DNA of 64,000 nt from the human T2T-CHM13v2.0 reference genome, Homo sapiens. Location: assembly GCF_009914755.1 (NCBI RefSeq), contig NC_060926.1. One strand, 5' to 3'. Positions 39,701-54,834 of this stretch are shown here, in pieces. The notes under the pieces were generated by a model. It was given only the letters and a program-made list of their open reading frames with translations. It was not told the origin of the DNA and did not search any database. Both the position numbers and the translations under genes were made by a program. Each line of letters starts with the position of its first letter. The first letter of the stretch is position 1.

Positions 39701-42700
39701 TACAATCAACGTTTAAAGAATAACGTATCATGACCACCAGTTTATGCATACTTTCATGATGTAAATGTGCCTGCAGTAACTACTCCTTCCTCTGAAATCT
39801 TGACATGAGCATTGTGTGTGCTGCTCACATTGGGACTCAGTATGAGCCATTTTCTATTGTTATTTATCTGTATATGCATATGTCCTATTTATCCAAACAG
39901 ATTGTGAGTTCTTGAGGGTGGGGGCTGTGTATCCCTAGCTTCTAGCAATGTGCCTTGTACTTAATGGATGCTTAATCAGTCATTGTTAATGATTAGTAGG
40001 ATGTTCTGTCATGAACGCATCCTCTCTATTCTTCTGTACATGAAATTATTTGTGGGATTTATTCTGCAATCAGAAGGGTGGGGCTCTCAAACAGGGTAGC
40101 ACCATGTCACTCATTATCTCTTACATCTTTGGTAATCTCCCCATGTGCATCTGAAGTCAGTTGGAAGCTGGTAATATTTTACCATCAAATATGTTTTGCT
40201 GATGAGGTGTATCTATCTATAACATTGATCATTATTTCTGTTTGGTTATTATTTATAAAAGATTGGCAATAATGAAATTAAAATACCTACAATGTTTACT
40301 TTGTGTAGCTATGCATAATTTTGATTCTTTATCTTTATTTTTCCCAAATTCTACACAATGAAGTATTATTCTTAGAAAAAAGAAGTTCTAAAAAAGGTTT
40401 TGTTTATATTCTAGTAAACAAAAGTATGGAAATTTATAATGGTATAAATGCCATTCTACACATTAATTTCTCATTTAAATTAAAAAATCTAATAGCATAA
40501 AATCTTACTGCCAGAATGAATATTGATGAGAGTGTTACTTAATTGACAATATTTAAAAGAACAATACTTAAATCAACATAAACACTACTTCTTAAAACTC
40601 TTTTAAGATGTTTTAAATTAGCATAGTAAAGCTCCATTTAATTAAAATCTAAAACGCAAATTTCTTCGCTCTTCATCAGTGAAGTCTGGACTTGCATCTA
40701 CCTGCCTCCATATTAAGAGGAACCGTACCAAGGACGCAGACTATTCTAAGCCCACGTGAAAACTATTGTTGAATTAATTCCCAAAAGCCTTAAGGAATGT
40801 GCCCACTCTGCATGTTGCTCAGTGGACACGCTTCTATAATTTCCTGGGCATAAATTTCTTACCAGCAAGAATTCAGATGGACCCTTATTTAGTATGAAAA
40901 AGTTCAAGACAAATTTCCCCAGATGGATACTTAAAGATATGCATTATTGACACTGCACACTTCATTAAGGTTACTTTGGTGCCCTGATATATTCCTTCAA
41001 AATACGACCTGGTGTGGTAATGAGGGATTTCAAGAAACATTTGCCTAAATTAGGTTTCTAAGCAAGATGGAGACCAGCAGCTCTTATCTAAACCTGTTAT
41101 GTTGTCTATAAGTTCTTCCTTCATCCCCTTACCCCAGCATCTGTCACGGAGGCAAAACATATAGAAAGAGTACATTAGCACGGCTTAATATCAAAGCCTT
41201 TATGTCTGTTATACATCATTTTAGATTGTCATCATAAGTTGTTCAATCAAAAGATTTAGTCAGAGCTAACATTCTTTACTGATGTCTTTTTTCCCCAAGA
41301 GTGTTGGAAATTCGATTGTTCAAAGTGCAAATATGATTCAGCAAACCATTTATCAGAAATCCTAAAGAGGTAAAATAAAAAAGCGGGTTGAGGAACCTGA
41401 ATTAAATGGGCTTTACCAGTCAAAGATTTTGAAACTACTTTCCTGTGAGTGACTGGAATAGAGCAGAACAAAGTCAATTACTGACTGTAATTAAGAAGTG
41501 GATGCATTTAAACTGTAGAGAGCAGTAGCAGACTTCTCCAGACTGCCTGGTAACTCGAAAGATTAGTGGGAAGACAGAGGAAAGGATGTGAACTGCATCT
41601 CTCTGATAGTATGTTTTGAATGAATTGCATTCATATAGCTCTCTGATCTAGCTTCTCAAAATGAATTCGTAAATCACTGATTATGTATGATTAATGCAGT
41701 AATATATTTGGACAAAGGAACTTTTAAAATACATTTTGCTTTTGGTTGTGTTAGCAATATAAGATCCCCTTTGCATTGCATAGCATGCACCAAAAATGCA
41801 AACGCACTGCTAAAGTACTTATATTTTATCACTGTTTGAATTTACTAGACTGCAAGCTGAACTATGTTGGCTCTTTCGTAAACCCTCATAATATAGCAAA
41901 TCTAATTATGTTTGTTTCTCGTACTTCTTAAATGTTTCTTTTTATAATTTTAATAATGGTTTATTTATACTGGCAGAGAAACATTACATTGTACATTGTG
42001 CTTTGGCTAATTCATTTGTCTTTGTGTATGTTAACAAATTATGATGTTAGAAATACATTCATAATCAAAATATTTCACTACAGATTAGGATGAAGGTAGA
42101 GGTCTAGGACATTACTAGTTTTCTTGTGTTAGAAATGACCTTATATTTTTAGATTACTATTTCTTAGGCAACACTCTATAAAGTAAATATTTGGAACTTT
42201 ATCTGAGTAGAGAACATTGCAATGGTGTTCAGATAATTAGGCAAACATCACCTGAGCTGTCTTTTACTGGATACATAAAATAGGAGGCTGTTTTGAGCCA
42301 TCCTAAATCTTATATGCAGTTTCATTTTAAAAAGAGAGAGAAAGACTGATTGGCCTCAGTAATCTGTCAAATTCTAGTGTGGGCAATTAAATCTTTTTAT
42401 TTTTCAATCTTTCACTTCTTATAATTGTATACACTTTAGACAGTTCTTCTCACAGTTATAGAGACAACATTTGATATTGGAACCCATCTCAATCAAGAAT
42501 GGTTACTTTGCAGTACTGATTAATATTGAATCTCTATAGAGTTTTTCTAAAAACAAATGACAAATGAATATATATGCACATATGTAACAGATTTCTTTCA
42601 AAACCCCAAAATCATTGTCATTAAATGTTGCCATGAGAATCCTTGAAACCTTCAGAATGAGCCATTTGGGGTAGTAATTGTCACTTTAATGATAGAATTA

Positions 42701-43795
42701 TAGAGATGGCCTAAAGCGTGATTTGTGATTTTCTGAACCTGTGCCACATTTCAGCGTTCACCTCCTGTTTAGAGCAAGGAAGGCTGAGAAGAGGTGACTG
42801 GCTCCTGATTGAGTATTTTGAAATGTCAGTCCTCTAAACCCCTGAACTCTGTGTGACAGTAGTTGGGAAATGTTCATCTTCCAGTTGCAAGGAAAAGTCA
42901 ATAATACAAAGGGAAAATCTTCACAGTTCAGATTGATGGCCAAATACAAAAAGCATGTCCACACCCACTCTAATCAATTTTTTCTCTAAGTTGCCCGTTA
43001 TGTGTGAAACTAAGAGTATTGCTCTGTTTCTGTAGGGTCGTATCCTTTTCTCACAAGTCTGGGGAGAAAAAGATTCACTGTAATGAAAAATGGACAGTTA
43101 CACGCTAAATATTGCCAACTACTTAGCAGTCTGAGAGTCAGGAACCTGAATGTTCATTTGATAAATACTCTCCCAGAGAGGTTCAAATATGTAAATGAAC
43201 TTTTATTTTAATATACTCCTTTTGTGGGGAAATTGGTTTTTTTATTACTTTCCTATAGATCTCTGATAAGAAAGTAGAAATAGTCAAATGTTATTCATTT
43301 CAATGAACTTTTGGAAGTCTGCAATTAGTGTTTTTGGTAAATAAACTGTTTTAGAGCTCTCCATAAAAGGAAATCAAATATAGAGATACTATTAGATTTG
43401 AAAAAGACAGACAGGAAAGAGGCAAACGTGCAGAATGAATTCTGACACACCCGGGTGCATTTTTCTGCGGGTTCTGACTTAAGTGTGTACTGTCTGCAGT
43501 TCTCTGAACTTCCTGGCTTGTTTCTCCTTAAGTTGGAGTAATTCAGCTCTAGCCCTACTCTGACTTAATCGTTCTATTATTAAAACAATAATGTATTTGT
43601 TATGACGTGAAAAACAGTTTATAGAGAGCGGTTCAAAATGCTCCCAGTTCCCAGAAAGACAATTACTGGAATACAAGAAAATATTTCATTTTATTAAACT
43701 GTGTTTTTTAAAAAAGGATTTTTACATGTAAGAGATCTATCTTACATAGTTTCTTTACCTGTCTATTTCTTTTTCTTTTTTTTTTTTTTTTGCAG

Positions 43796-43894
43796 ATCAC
43801 AACAGTATCAGGAAATGAGTTCCTTCTACAGTCAGATATTGACTTCATCATATTGGATTGGTTCCACGCTATCAAAAATGCAATTGACAGATTG
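43796..43894 (+). CDS. ARHGAP15: ARHGAP15 internal coding exon (probably exon 7), C-terminal part of the PH domain
   Basis: Long poly-T tract plus tgcag acceptor; donor ttg|gtatgt; 99 nt, phase 0-0. Translates ITTVSGNEFLLQSDIDFIILDWFHAIKNAIDRL, including the PH-domain helix tryptophan. Matches the ARHGAP15 protein as I recall it. Confidence 0.96.
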
Positions 43895-44721
43895 GTATGT
43901 ATTTGTTTTGGCTGTTACCTTTATTAATTAAAATGTAGTCATTTAAATCTTATTGCTCAGGCATATAACACACACACTCATTTAAATAGATCCTATGGAC
44001 TGAGAGGGATTAAGTTCTTTTAGTTTAAATAGAATCTACTAAAAACCTTTTCAGCAGACAGGATTTGTAGAACTGTCGTTTAATTTCTCTCTTTCAAAAA
44101 TATAGTGCATTCTTTCTTTTTTTCTGAAATAACATAGACATTCATTTACTGGAGGCTGTAAAAAGCACACAAGCACTTAATAACTACTGATTTTTTTTTC
44201 ATTTTCAGTTTATGCAGTCCATACTACATACTCCTGTAAATAAATAACATATTTAAGACTCACTGTTATAATACCAATAAATAAATAATAACCCTTTGTA
44301 CTGATTTTTATTATTCTTCCAGCTAAGCTAGATTGTTCTTCTTATGAAAATTACATATCTAGAACTTCATGAAATTATCCTAAAACATACATTCAGAGTA
44401 TGTTTTCTAAGAATGAACTTATTTAAAACCACTCATTCCATGCTGAGTCTCTAGAACAAACATTTAATTTTATGACACTAATATTTGCAAAATTTTGGGA
44501 AGAAATATTCTTAATACGGAATACAACACAATAGTAAAAGATTTTCTGTGTGATTTTCTTGATACTTAATTGCAAGCTTTCATTATACCATTTTGGGATT
44601 AACACTTTAAAAAGTAAAATAACAAATTTACTTTTTCCTGTTATTAGTATATTCCCCTTAAAGGGGTGTGTGTGTGAATGTGTGTGAGTGCACATACATA
44701 CATACACACAGTTTGTTGCCA

Positions 44722-44960
44722 TTGAGGATGGACTCTGGAACCAGACTGCTAGAGTTTGAATTCTAGTTCTATCATTTGTTACCTGTGTGGCCTTAGGCAA
44801 ATTACTTGCCTATTTTGGCCTCATTTTCTTAATGAGGAAAATAAGGATAATAATAATACCACCTACTCTATAGAATTGTTGTAATGATTAATTGAACTAA
44901 TGCATGAATAGTGCTTAGCATTTAGTAAGTACCATCATATACATATATAAACTATTATTA
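44722..44960 (+). mobile_element. MIR in the short intron between the two exons
   Basis: ggactctggaaccagactgctagagtttgaattctagttct...tgtgtggccttaggcaaattactt...ataataataatacc. Confidence 0.88.
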
Positions 44961-45107
44961 GAGTATTGAGCTTAGCATAGAGGACCTATCCTCAAATAAT
45001 TACCTTACTTCAAATTTCCCCATAAACAGCAAAATTGAACACAAAATTCTATGGTGAATCCTTTCTTTCTAGTAAAATTATTCAGTCTAATTATTTGCTG
45101 TTTCCAG

Positions 45108-45237
45108 CCAAAGGATTCAAGTTGTCCATCAAGAAACCTGGAATTATTCAAAATCCAAAGATCCTCTAGCACTGAATTGCTAAGTCACTATGACAGTGAT
45201 ATAAAAGAACAGAAACCAGAGCACAGAAAATCTTTAA
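45108..45237 (+). CDS. ARHGAP15: ARHGAP15 internal coding exon (probably exon 8), PH-to-RhoGAP linker
   Basis: Branch-like ctaat at ~45087, acceptor tgctgtttccag, donor taa|gtgagt; 130 nt, phase 0-1. Translates PKDSSCPSRNLELFKIQRSSSTELLSHYDSDIKEQKPEHRKSL in frame with the preceding exon. Confidence 0.96.
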
Positions 45238-45938
45238 GTGAGTATTTTCTTTGACTTGCTCATTTTAAGTTTGTCTAAATGCAGTGCTTATGAAATATAA
45301 ATGCATTGAAATGAGATTTAAGCCAAACTCATCATACTCATGGAAGATTCGTAGCCATTTCCTGGCCAGGGATTTGTGCACTGGAGGGCAGTCTGGGCAC
45401 TTTGCTCACATCATTGTTGGTAATGCCTTTTGAGAAAATAATTGTTCCAGGGTCATGGTCTCTGCTTACAGCAAACCTCTGAATCTCTGAGTAATAGCCA
45501 TGGTGTTCAGATCAGTGATTGATTTTGAGAGTGGGAAATGTCAAGCATCTCCAACCCTGGTATCCTGACTATTTTATTTGCATACATTAAAGGGTATGAG
45601 TGACCACCAGTGTGGTCTAACTTAAGTCAACAGGCTATGCCACTTTCCACACCTTCAGACCACCAGAAACACTTAGAAACGTGCTTTCCAGAGAGGCTGA
45701 TAGAAAATATGGGATGTGAATTAGATGTTCTCCAAGGTCACACCTAGTTCTAATATTCTAAGAATTAAATTTAGAGTAAAAAGAATGGTCTCACTACTTA
45801 CACAGTGATCTTGAGTATCTTTCTTAACCATTCCCCAGACTGCTTCTTCCTCAATGAAAAGGGGTTATTAAAATATGCAACACATATCTCACTGAGTTGG
45901 TTTGAGTCTCAACCTCCTGAAAGAAAAGGTAGACATCT

Positions 45939-46344
<406 letters not shown>

Positions 46345-47335
46345 CTATTTCCCTCTGACAAAATATCAGTATACTGACATCCTAAACTTTAGAATTTAAA
46401 GAGAACTCAGTAAGTTGAGAAGAGCTGCTAATGGAATATATGTGTACATATATACATATATACATACACATACACACGTATGTATGTATGCTAGATGATT
46501 ATTTGTACGTGTACATATATGTGTGCATTAAGAAATATATATATATACACATACATGCACACAAAGACTCATACACATATGATAGGGAAGAGAGAAGCTA
46601 TTTATATGTGATAACATATTTGCCAAAGTTGAATTACTGAAGTCTACAAATCTAGAAATTGCATGAGAATTTAAGAGTAGAAGCACCCTTTTGAAATTAA
46701 GTCTTTATGCAAAATCCCATGCCATAATTTTCAGCAACTGCTAGACACATTTACTTAGCCAGTTGTGCTAAGTTGGAGTTTAAGATTATCAGTGTTAATG
46801 TCTAGAAAATGCATGGTTTATTTGTGGAGAGTTAATGCCATTTCAAAAGACTTTTCCATAATGGTACAGTTTAGAGGTATTTCATTTAAAGAATGTTTTC
46901 CTTTCATGCCTGATCATTGTCTTCTTTTACTTCATATGGTTTGAGACATAAGGTAAGATTTCAGAATTGGGATTCAGTTGGGAGTATATATTTAGTGTTA
47001 ATCATATAGACATTCTGTAGTACATATAAAAGAATATGTGATGCAATGACTAGTAGGTCTGGAATCTTAGATATAATTGCTGGTTCAGAGACCTTAAGAT
47101 GTTTCTAAAACCTGAGCTATGGAGAAAATAAAGGTTTGCAAAAATGTATTTGAGAAACATTGAGGATAATGAATTCTCTATTAAGTAACAGTCACTTTAA
47201 AAGTATTAAGATGCTGCTGAAAAAAAAATCTTAGATAGAACACTCACTACTTCTCTTTAGAATCTATTTTTAATTGGAAAAGACAATTATTTTTCTACTT
47301 TGAGCTTAAACTCAATCCTACTTAAAAACAAGGGA

Positions 47336-47643
<308 letters not shown>

Positions 47644-47749
47644 AGGGAAGAGATACATGATTTATTCTATTCATTTCAAAATCTAACTAATTGTACAGTG
47701 ACTTCATACTCACCTTTTACTTTGAAGTTAAAAAAAAAACTAGAAAATA

Positions 47750-47980
47750 TGAAACATTTACTGTGCACCAGGCACTGTTCCAAGTGCTTGTCTTATAGCA
47801 ATACATTTAATCCTCTCACCAATCCTATGAGGTAGATACTATTAGTTACCCTATTTTATAGAGGAGAAAACTGAGGCATGAAGAACTAAGGTAATTTGTA
47901 CAAAGACAAGTTATGGAGACATGTTTCAAACCCAAGCAGTCTTATTTTAGAGCCTGTACTTTTAATCATTACATTATAAC
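47750..47980 (-). mobile_element. MIR
   Basis: ccaggcactgttccaagtgct...cctatgaggtagatactatt...ttttatagaggagaaaactgaggca. Confidence 0.88.
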
Positions 47981-49149
47981 AAAGTGAACAAGTAAAAGGT
48001 AAACTTAGTTTATATCGAACTTAGACTTGGATAGAAATATTATGTTAAAAATAAGATTCATAGAAATCAGTAAACTTGAATCAGGACCCAAAAACTTATT
48101 GGCAAAAATAATTAAAACTGGGTGTTTTCTTTCAATTTTGATTTCACTATTAAAATAATAATTTAATCTTTAACACTAGCTCTAATTTTAGAAAATGATT
48201 CTTTTCTGTATCTTGGTGAGTATGTATAGTTGTAAGCCTTTTTTTTTAGGGCCAGTATGTTTTTTGCAATGTAGGACACAGTTAATATCCATCTATTACT
48301 TTGAATTAAGTTCATTCAATATGTATGTATTCATTTTCATTTGAAAGGCATAATGATTGACCCACCCACACAATATCAAATTAGACCATGCATTTGAAAT
48401 AGTGATTGACATGTTTTATATTTGATGCTTTGTAAAATATATTTTTTCAAGTAGGAAATACCCTGTGTGAAACCCCTCTGATCTCAGTCCTAGATTTGAA
48501 CACCCAAACTTAGGTCTCTTAAAACTTGCATTCGCTTTTATGTCACCCTTTGGAGATTAAATAATTATATAGAATCAGAGACTCAACAGTATCCTCTTCC
48601 TTATTAGTAGTCTAAGCACAAACTTTATTGTCGGTTTTCTGCCTTTGGCTTCCTGTGCCCTTGATGTTCCCATGAGTTTTGCCGCCAAGATTGTAGACAG
48701 ATAAAGCCAGAATTACTTTTTTAAAAGGCATGTGAACATCATTAGCAGCTAACAGGTGGTCATTTCGTTGTCCAGTTTGTCTATATAACATGGGAAAAAT
48801 ATGTTCTCTCAATGAGTGAATTCAGAAAGTTATGTTTACATATACTTTTCTTTTAAAAAATATGATTCTAACCTGCCAACACTATTAAGAACGAATCAGA
48901 TATTTTAAGATATCAGTTGAGTCTAACAGACAAGAAGCCAGAAAATTTAATGCAAGGGCCAAATCACTGTGGGAAACTCAGGACACCAGCCTGGGATGAG
49001 AGTAGGAGAGCAGCTCTCCAGGGAGGGCTGTTATGGAAAGTGGAGAGTCAATCAAAGAAGATGTGAACATATTTCTCTGAGGAAAGAGAATTGTCTTCCA
49101 CTGACAGCAAAGAGGGGGAAGGCCCAAATATAATAAATCTTGCATCAGA

Positions 49150-49310
49150 TAACCTTGGCGAGGTTTCTTAACTTTTCTGAGCTTTACTTTCCACATCTAT
49201 AAAAATGGGTCTAATACTGTCCTTAAAGGATCGTGTGAGAATTTGAAATTAGACATGTAAATACTTAGCTCATAGCAGGCACTCAGTAAGTAGGAGCTCT
49301 TATTATTATC
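49150..49310 (+). mobile_element. MIR
   Basis: accttggcgaggtttcttaacttttctgagc...catctataaaaatggg...gcactcagtaag. Confidence 0.75.
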
Positions 49311-52300
49311 CTCCATGTCCCCAAGCAGATAGCACTGAGACAGGGCTTGAGCCTGGTGGTGGTTGATGAAAGACTGGAGCAGGGCATATAAGCTTGCCAT
49401 CCTACTCCCTGAGTGTATGAAAGGTAGAAAAAGGGTGCCAGAATTGGATATGGGAGTCATAGCTGCAAAAAATCTAAGTACGAGCAGCTGGTCCTTCCCC
49501 TGGCAACTCCCATGTAAAAGGGGCAGGTAGGGCATTCTTGGGAGCAGCACACCAGGAAACAGTAGAAAGGAGCCAAGAAACACTCTTGATTCTCCTAAAC
49601 CCAGAAAAGCATGCCATTCAGAAATTCAAGTTGATGGGAAGGATTCAGCATTAGCCATCTCACTATTCCTTTACACAAAGTTCTAGTTTATTCATTCATA
49701 CACACATTAATTCTTTTTTATGAAGAAATACAACTAAAGGTATACAACTAAAATTCTTGATTTCACTCATCTGTGCTTTCAATTTTTAAAAAATAACTTT
49801 TGTATGTAGGTTATGCTTTAGTAGTAATATATCTCATACCTATCAATTGCTAAACTGTAAAATCCATGAGTGTGGAGACCTTGGATAACTTGAAAATAAA
49901 ACTGACACTTTAGTATTGGAAATAAGCACCCTGAAATGAACATGAGTTAGAAGACTAAAGTCAAAAGGTAAGAGAGCTAAAAGGAAATGGGTTTTCCTTT
50001 AGCTGTCTCTTGATTAAGTTATCACAAAAAACAAATGTGTTCTGGGTGAAATCCTAAATGCATATGTGGATTTCCCAAATCTACGTTCTCTTAATGACAT
50101 GTGCAATAAGGGTATATGTAATATGTTTCTAATAATTAGGGTATATGTATTTAAATGTGCATTTCCCAGTTCCATATCCCCTTAATGATGTGTGCAATAA
50201 GACAACAGAAAGAAAAAACTTGAATTGAGAGAGTTACACAATAAAAATTAAAATGCTACGGACTTTTAACTTGTCTTTGTTTAAAAAATTTGCCTGCAAA
50301 GTATCATGACCATGCCAAGTGATGAAAACAAGTTTGATAGAGAAAACATTAATTTTTTGTACTAATCTAAATAATTATAATACTGGTCTTCTACAACTAT
50401 AAGTAGGCTATGTTCTCAAAATCCAATTGTAAATTGGTTGCTTAGACCTGGTATGTTTTCACAAGGAAACCATGTACCAAGCCACAAAAGCACACTTGAA
50501 CTTTCTGCAGTCACTTACAATGTTGTTTCTAGGGAACAACTCATTCTGAATTTGCTGCACCTCTGGCCCTGAGAGCTAAGACTTCCCAGTAGCATTGCTT
50601 TCGATCTAGTTTCCGGTCTAGATCCCCACTTCTGTACCGTCTCCACCAAAGCGATTAGGAGACTCAGAATGGCTTTTGCTTTTGCTAGGATTCTGGTGAG
50701 CCCTGAAAGTCCCCAGTAGTGGCAGGGAGGGAATTTAAAGCCTCCGAGCCGGAAGAAATAATAGAAAAAGGAGAGAATTGAGGACTGGGTAGGCAGCTTT
50801 TGTAGCATTAATGGGAAGTGAGTCCTTAGCAAGACAGATGTTCTTTGTAAAAAGTATGTGTAATGACAGATTAAGTCTGGAATTGTCCCAAATATAAACA
50901 TTTGATGAATCTAGGTGGTGCATAGGCAAGTGATCATGATCCTATTGTTTCATTTTTTTTTGTATGTTTGAAAAGTTCTCCAGTTAAAAATTGAAGTAAA
51001 CGCACATACCCACACAAAAGTAGGTATGTCCATGTGCCTAATTCAATAAAAGAATATACATATTTTCTGATTATGACCTGAACCTTTCAAAGAAAGATCA
51101 AATTTTCTGAATATAAGTTACATTAAGACGTCTTTACATGAAACATTGATAACTCATTGTTTTCCTATTTTCCTCCAAAACCAATATATTTTTTTCCTGT
51201 GACCATTGAGACCTTTCTGGGAACTATGTAATTAAGAAAACTTTTAAGATATTTATTATTATCCAAAATTAAAAAGTCACACGAGTTTCTTGGATAAATA
51301 TGTAATTATCAATTGTTAAAACACGTACTGTGAAGCCTGTTCTGGAGGCTCATATAAATACGTATTTTAAAGTTTTTTCTTATTAAGAATTTTGTGTAAA
51401 ACAGTCTAATCCTGCCAATGTATGAAAATAATAAGATGAACAAACCATCTGCCAAGGAAATGAAAACAGTATTAAAATTGCACAGATAAACCATATCTAG
51501 TTCTGAAGAAATGGAAGAGCTCTTTCCTGGAAAAACAAAAAAGTCGTGACATTTTTGTAGAATATCATGGGTTATTATATTATCAAGAGGACAAAGTTTT
51601 CTGATTTGGGTGAGAGGGTCACTCACCTTTTTTTTTTTTCCCCAAAATAACTAGCGCCACTCTGGTACCAGTTTTATTCAAAACCCTCTTGAGAAAAATA
51701 AACTATTGAGCTAAAATGTGGAAACAAATCACTTCATATTACTATACTTATAAGACAGACAATATCTAAAGAATAGTTGAGTGTCACTTGTCTTTTCAGT
51801 TGTTTTTCACAGGTTGAGAGTTACTTATTTCAAAATAGTTGGTAAAGAAAAAAATTGAAAAATTATAAATGACATTTATGTTGTTAAAGCTGCAAGATGT
51901 AAACATCATGAGAGGAAAAGAGTAAAAATTAGACACATTTGATAGTCAAGCATCCACATTAATTTATCAGAATAGTATTATGCATGAAGGTCCCAGGCTT
52001 CACTATGGCCCTGTGTGACTCTAGCCATTGTTCTGACATATGTTCCCAAGCAGCAGTACCTACTTTTTCTGGGACCCGTAGATTGCACTTTCTTCAAAAC
52101 ATTCAGTTTTCAATGAATCATTTGATAAGAAGACTTCATTATGAGCTGAGCAAAGAATGTCCTGATTAATCTCTTCTTTCCCATCTAAGGGGCTGATCTC
52201 GCCCTCTGACCTGTGGATGTCCATTGTCGTGTATCTCATAGCATCAGCTACTCTGAAAGTCCACCTAACCCTCTCAGTGCTCAAGCACTAGATCACCCTA

Positions 52301-53236
52301 TCTTCCTTCTGACCCTGGCAATAACACCATGAGCATATTTCCCCTTAGATGAACTGCATTTAATCAATTTCTGATTTCATTAGGTCAAATGGCATCTTGC
52401 TTTCAATAATAGGGCAAATCCAGAGGGCTCTTTGCTCTAACTCTCAAGCAATATTTTATTGGCATTAATACACTACTGTGATTGTAAACAAAAGAAAAAA
52501 AAAGATCTTTGGTATCCTCAGCAAGTGTCCTTTTGTTTATTCCATGACTTTAAAATGGGCGTATATTAATGTTTTCTTATAAAGTTAGGCATATAATCAT
52601 CATTCATTGTTGTCACAGCAGATTTAAAGAATCTTTGCTAAAGCTGACATTTAAGCATTTAAGGTGTTTGTACAGTGAATCCATGTGCAGAGCAAAACAT
52701 TATTTTGAATGCAAATGATCACCTCTTTCTGTATACAGGATTTATTTGGTCAATTCCTTTTTGTTTCTGAAGTATGGTAACTTACGCTACTTTCCTTCAA
52801 AATTCTAAAGAAGTAATTTGCTTTTTGATGGATTTATTTGGATGTCCCAAATAGGCCTAATAACATGCTTGGGGGAAAAAAAAAATCCGTTGTTAACACA
52901 TGGAATCTTTGAGATTTTCTTGTAAAATAAGTTTCTTATTACTCATAGTATAGCCCTCACTAAACAAAATCAGATATTGCTTTCACCCAAAAGTATTAGA
53001 TGAACCCAGAAATACCAGATGTTTTCATCAAACTTTAATAAAGTGAGATCTGTAACATTAGGATTCCTAGCTTTCTTCAAGAAATGGCTCATGGATGACT
53101 TGAGAAACCTAAAGCAATCTGCCAATACATCTTTCTTTGGTTATTTAAGTAGTACCTGAAATCAGTTGTTCCTGCTACCCAATTTTCCTAATGTAAATAA
53201 ATATACCCTATTTGTATACAAAATTAATTGGCCTAA

Positions 53237-53658
<422 letters not shown>

Positions 53659-54834
53659 AGATTAAGAACAATTTCTAATGACTGCATTGGAATTATTGCT
53701 CTTGGAATTAGAGTCCAAGTTTCTGTATAGAAAGCTCATTATGATCTGTGCCCCTTCTCCAGTTTTTTTTCATCACTCCCTGACCCATAATTTATGTTCC
53801 AGGTAAATAGTCCCTATAATACCTGATGCACACTGCTACATGCTGACTTTTACCTTGAAATCAGGGTTATCTCTTTACAAAGTTAACATCCTTTAGGACT
53901 CAGCCCAGATCATACTTCCCAATATTCCCATCATCCATTCTAACACCCTATTTTATTTGAAAGAGTTACTGTGATTCATAGTTATTCTTGCAGCTCTTCT
54001 GTGGGCTCTGACTTGGAATTTTCAAGTTTCTATTGGAGGCAATAAAAGAAAAAGAAACTCTGTAATATATAACAAATAATTACAGTAATTTTGATTATTT
54101 TTATAAGACTGAGAATACTTTTCTCTAGTGTCAGCTTATTTGTAAAAATCCAGTTTAACACAAAAGTTATCAAAGTGTTAGCCCTCAGAACCCTGTTCAA
54201 AAGGTTGTATGAGATTGTGTAAGAAATTTGAGTCTGAGAGTCAGAAAATTTGAGTACAGTTCTTAACTCCAAGATATACAGCCATATGACTTTGACAAGT
54301 TTCTTAAGTTTCTTGAAATTGAGTTTCCAGATAAATATAATATATATTTTATATAATTATAAAATATTATAAATGTAAATGTTGATTATCTAAAAAGATT
54401 ATATATGTATTTGATCTAGAGAAAATGTATATAGTGGATCTAAAATATATCAAATAACTTTGTAGATTATATATTATGTTATAAAATGATTTCCATCTGG
54501 GTAAATTCTGAGTAAAATAATCATGACTTTTGTTTGTTTACTATAAATCTACCAATTTAGAAATATAGCAAGAATGTACTTTTGCAACTGTTGAAACAGT
54601 TGCCAAAATGCAGCATAAACAAATGCGTAATTTTTTGAAGGCTTAATTTCTTAATATCTTCATTATTTTATTGACTCTGGTTAACATATATCCTTTTACC
54701 TTTTGTTTTCTTAAGGGATCCTAAGTGTCATGGGGAATAAATGCTTGGTTTTGTCATTCCTGAGTGTGAGCCTGACACGATGGCAATCTCTAGAGATTAA
54801 AGTTTGTCAAGTGTCTGTTGCCATTTCCATTCTT

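Noticed and set aside
43701-43931. 76-aa ORF overlapping exon 7
   Set aside because: Alternative frame running through the poly-T tract; the true frame is defined by the splice sites and the PH-domain match.
45051-45254. 67-aa ORF as a standalone gene
   Set aside because: It is exon 8 plus flanking intron sequence.
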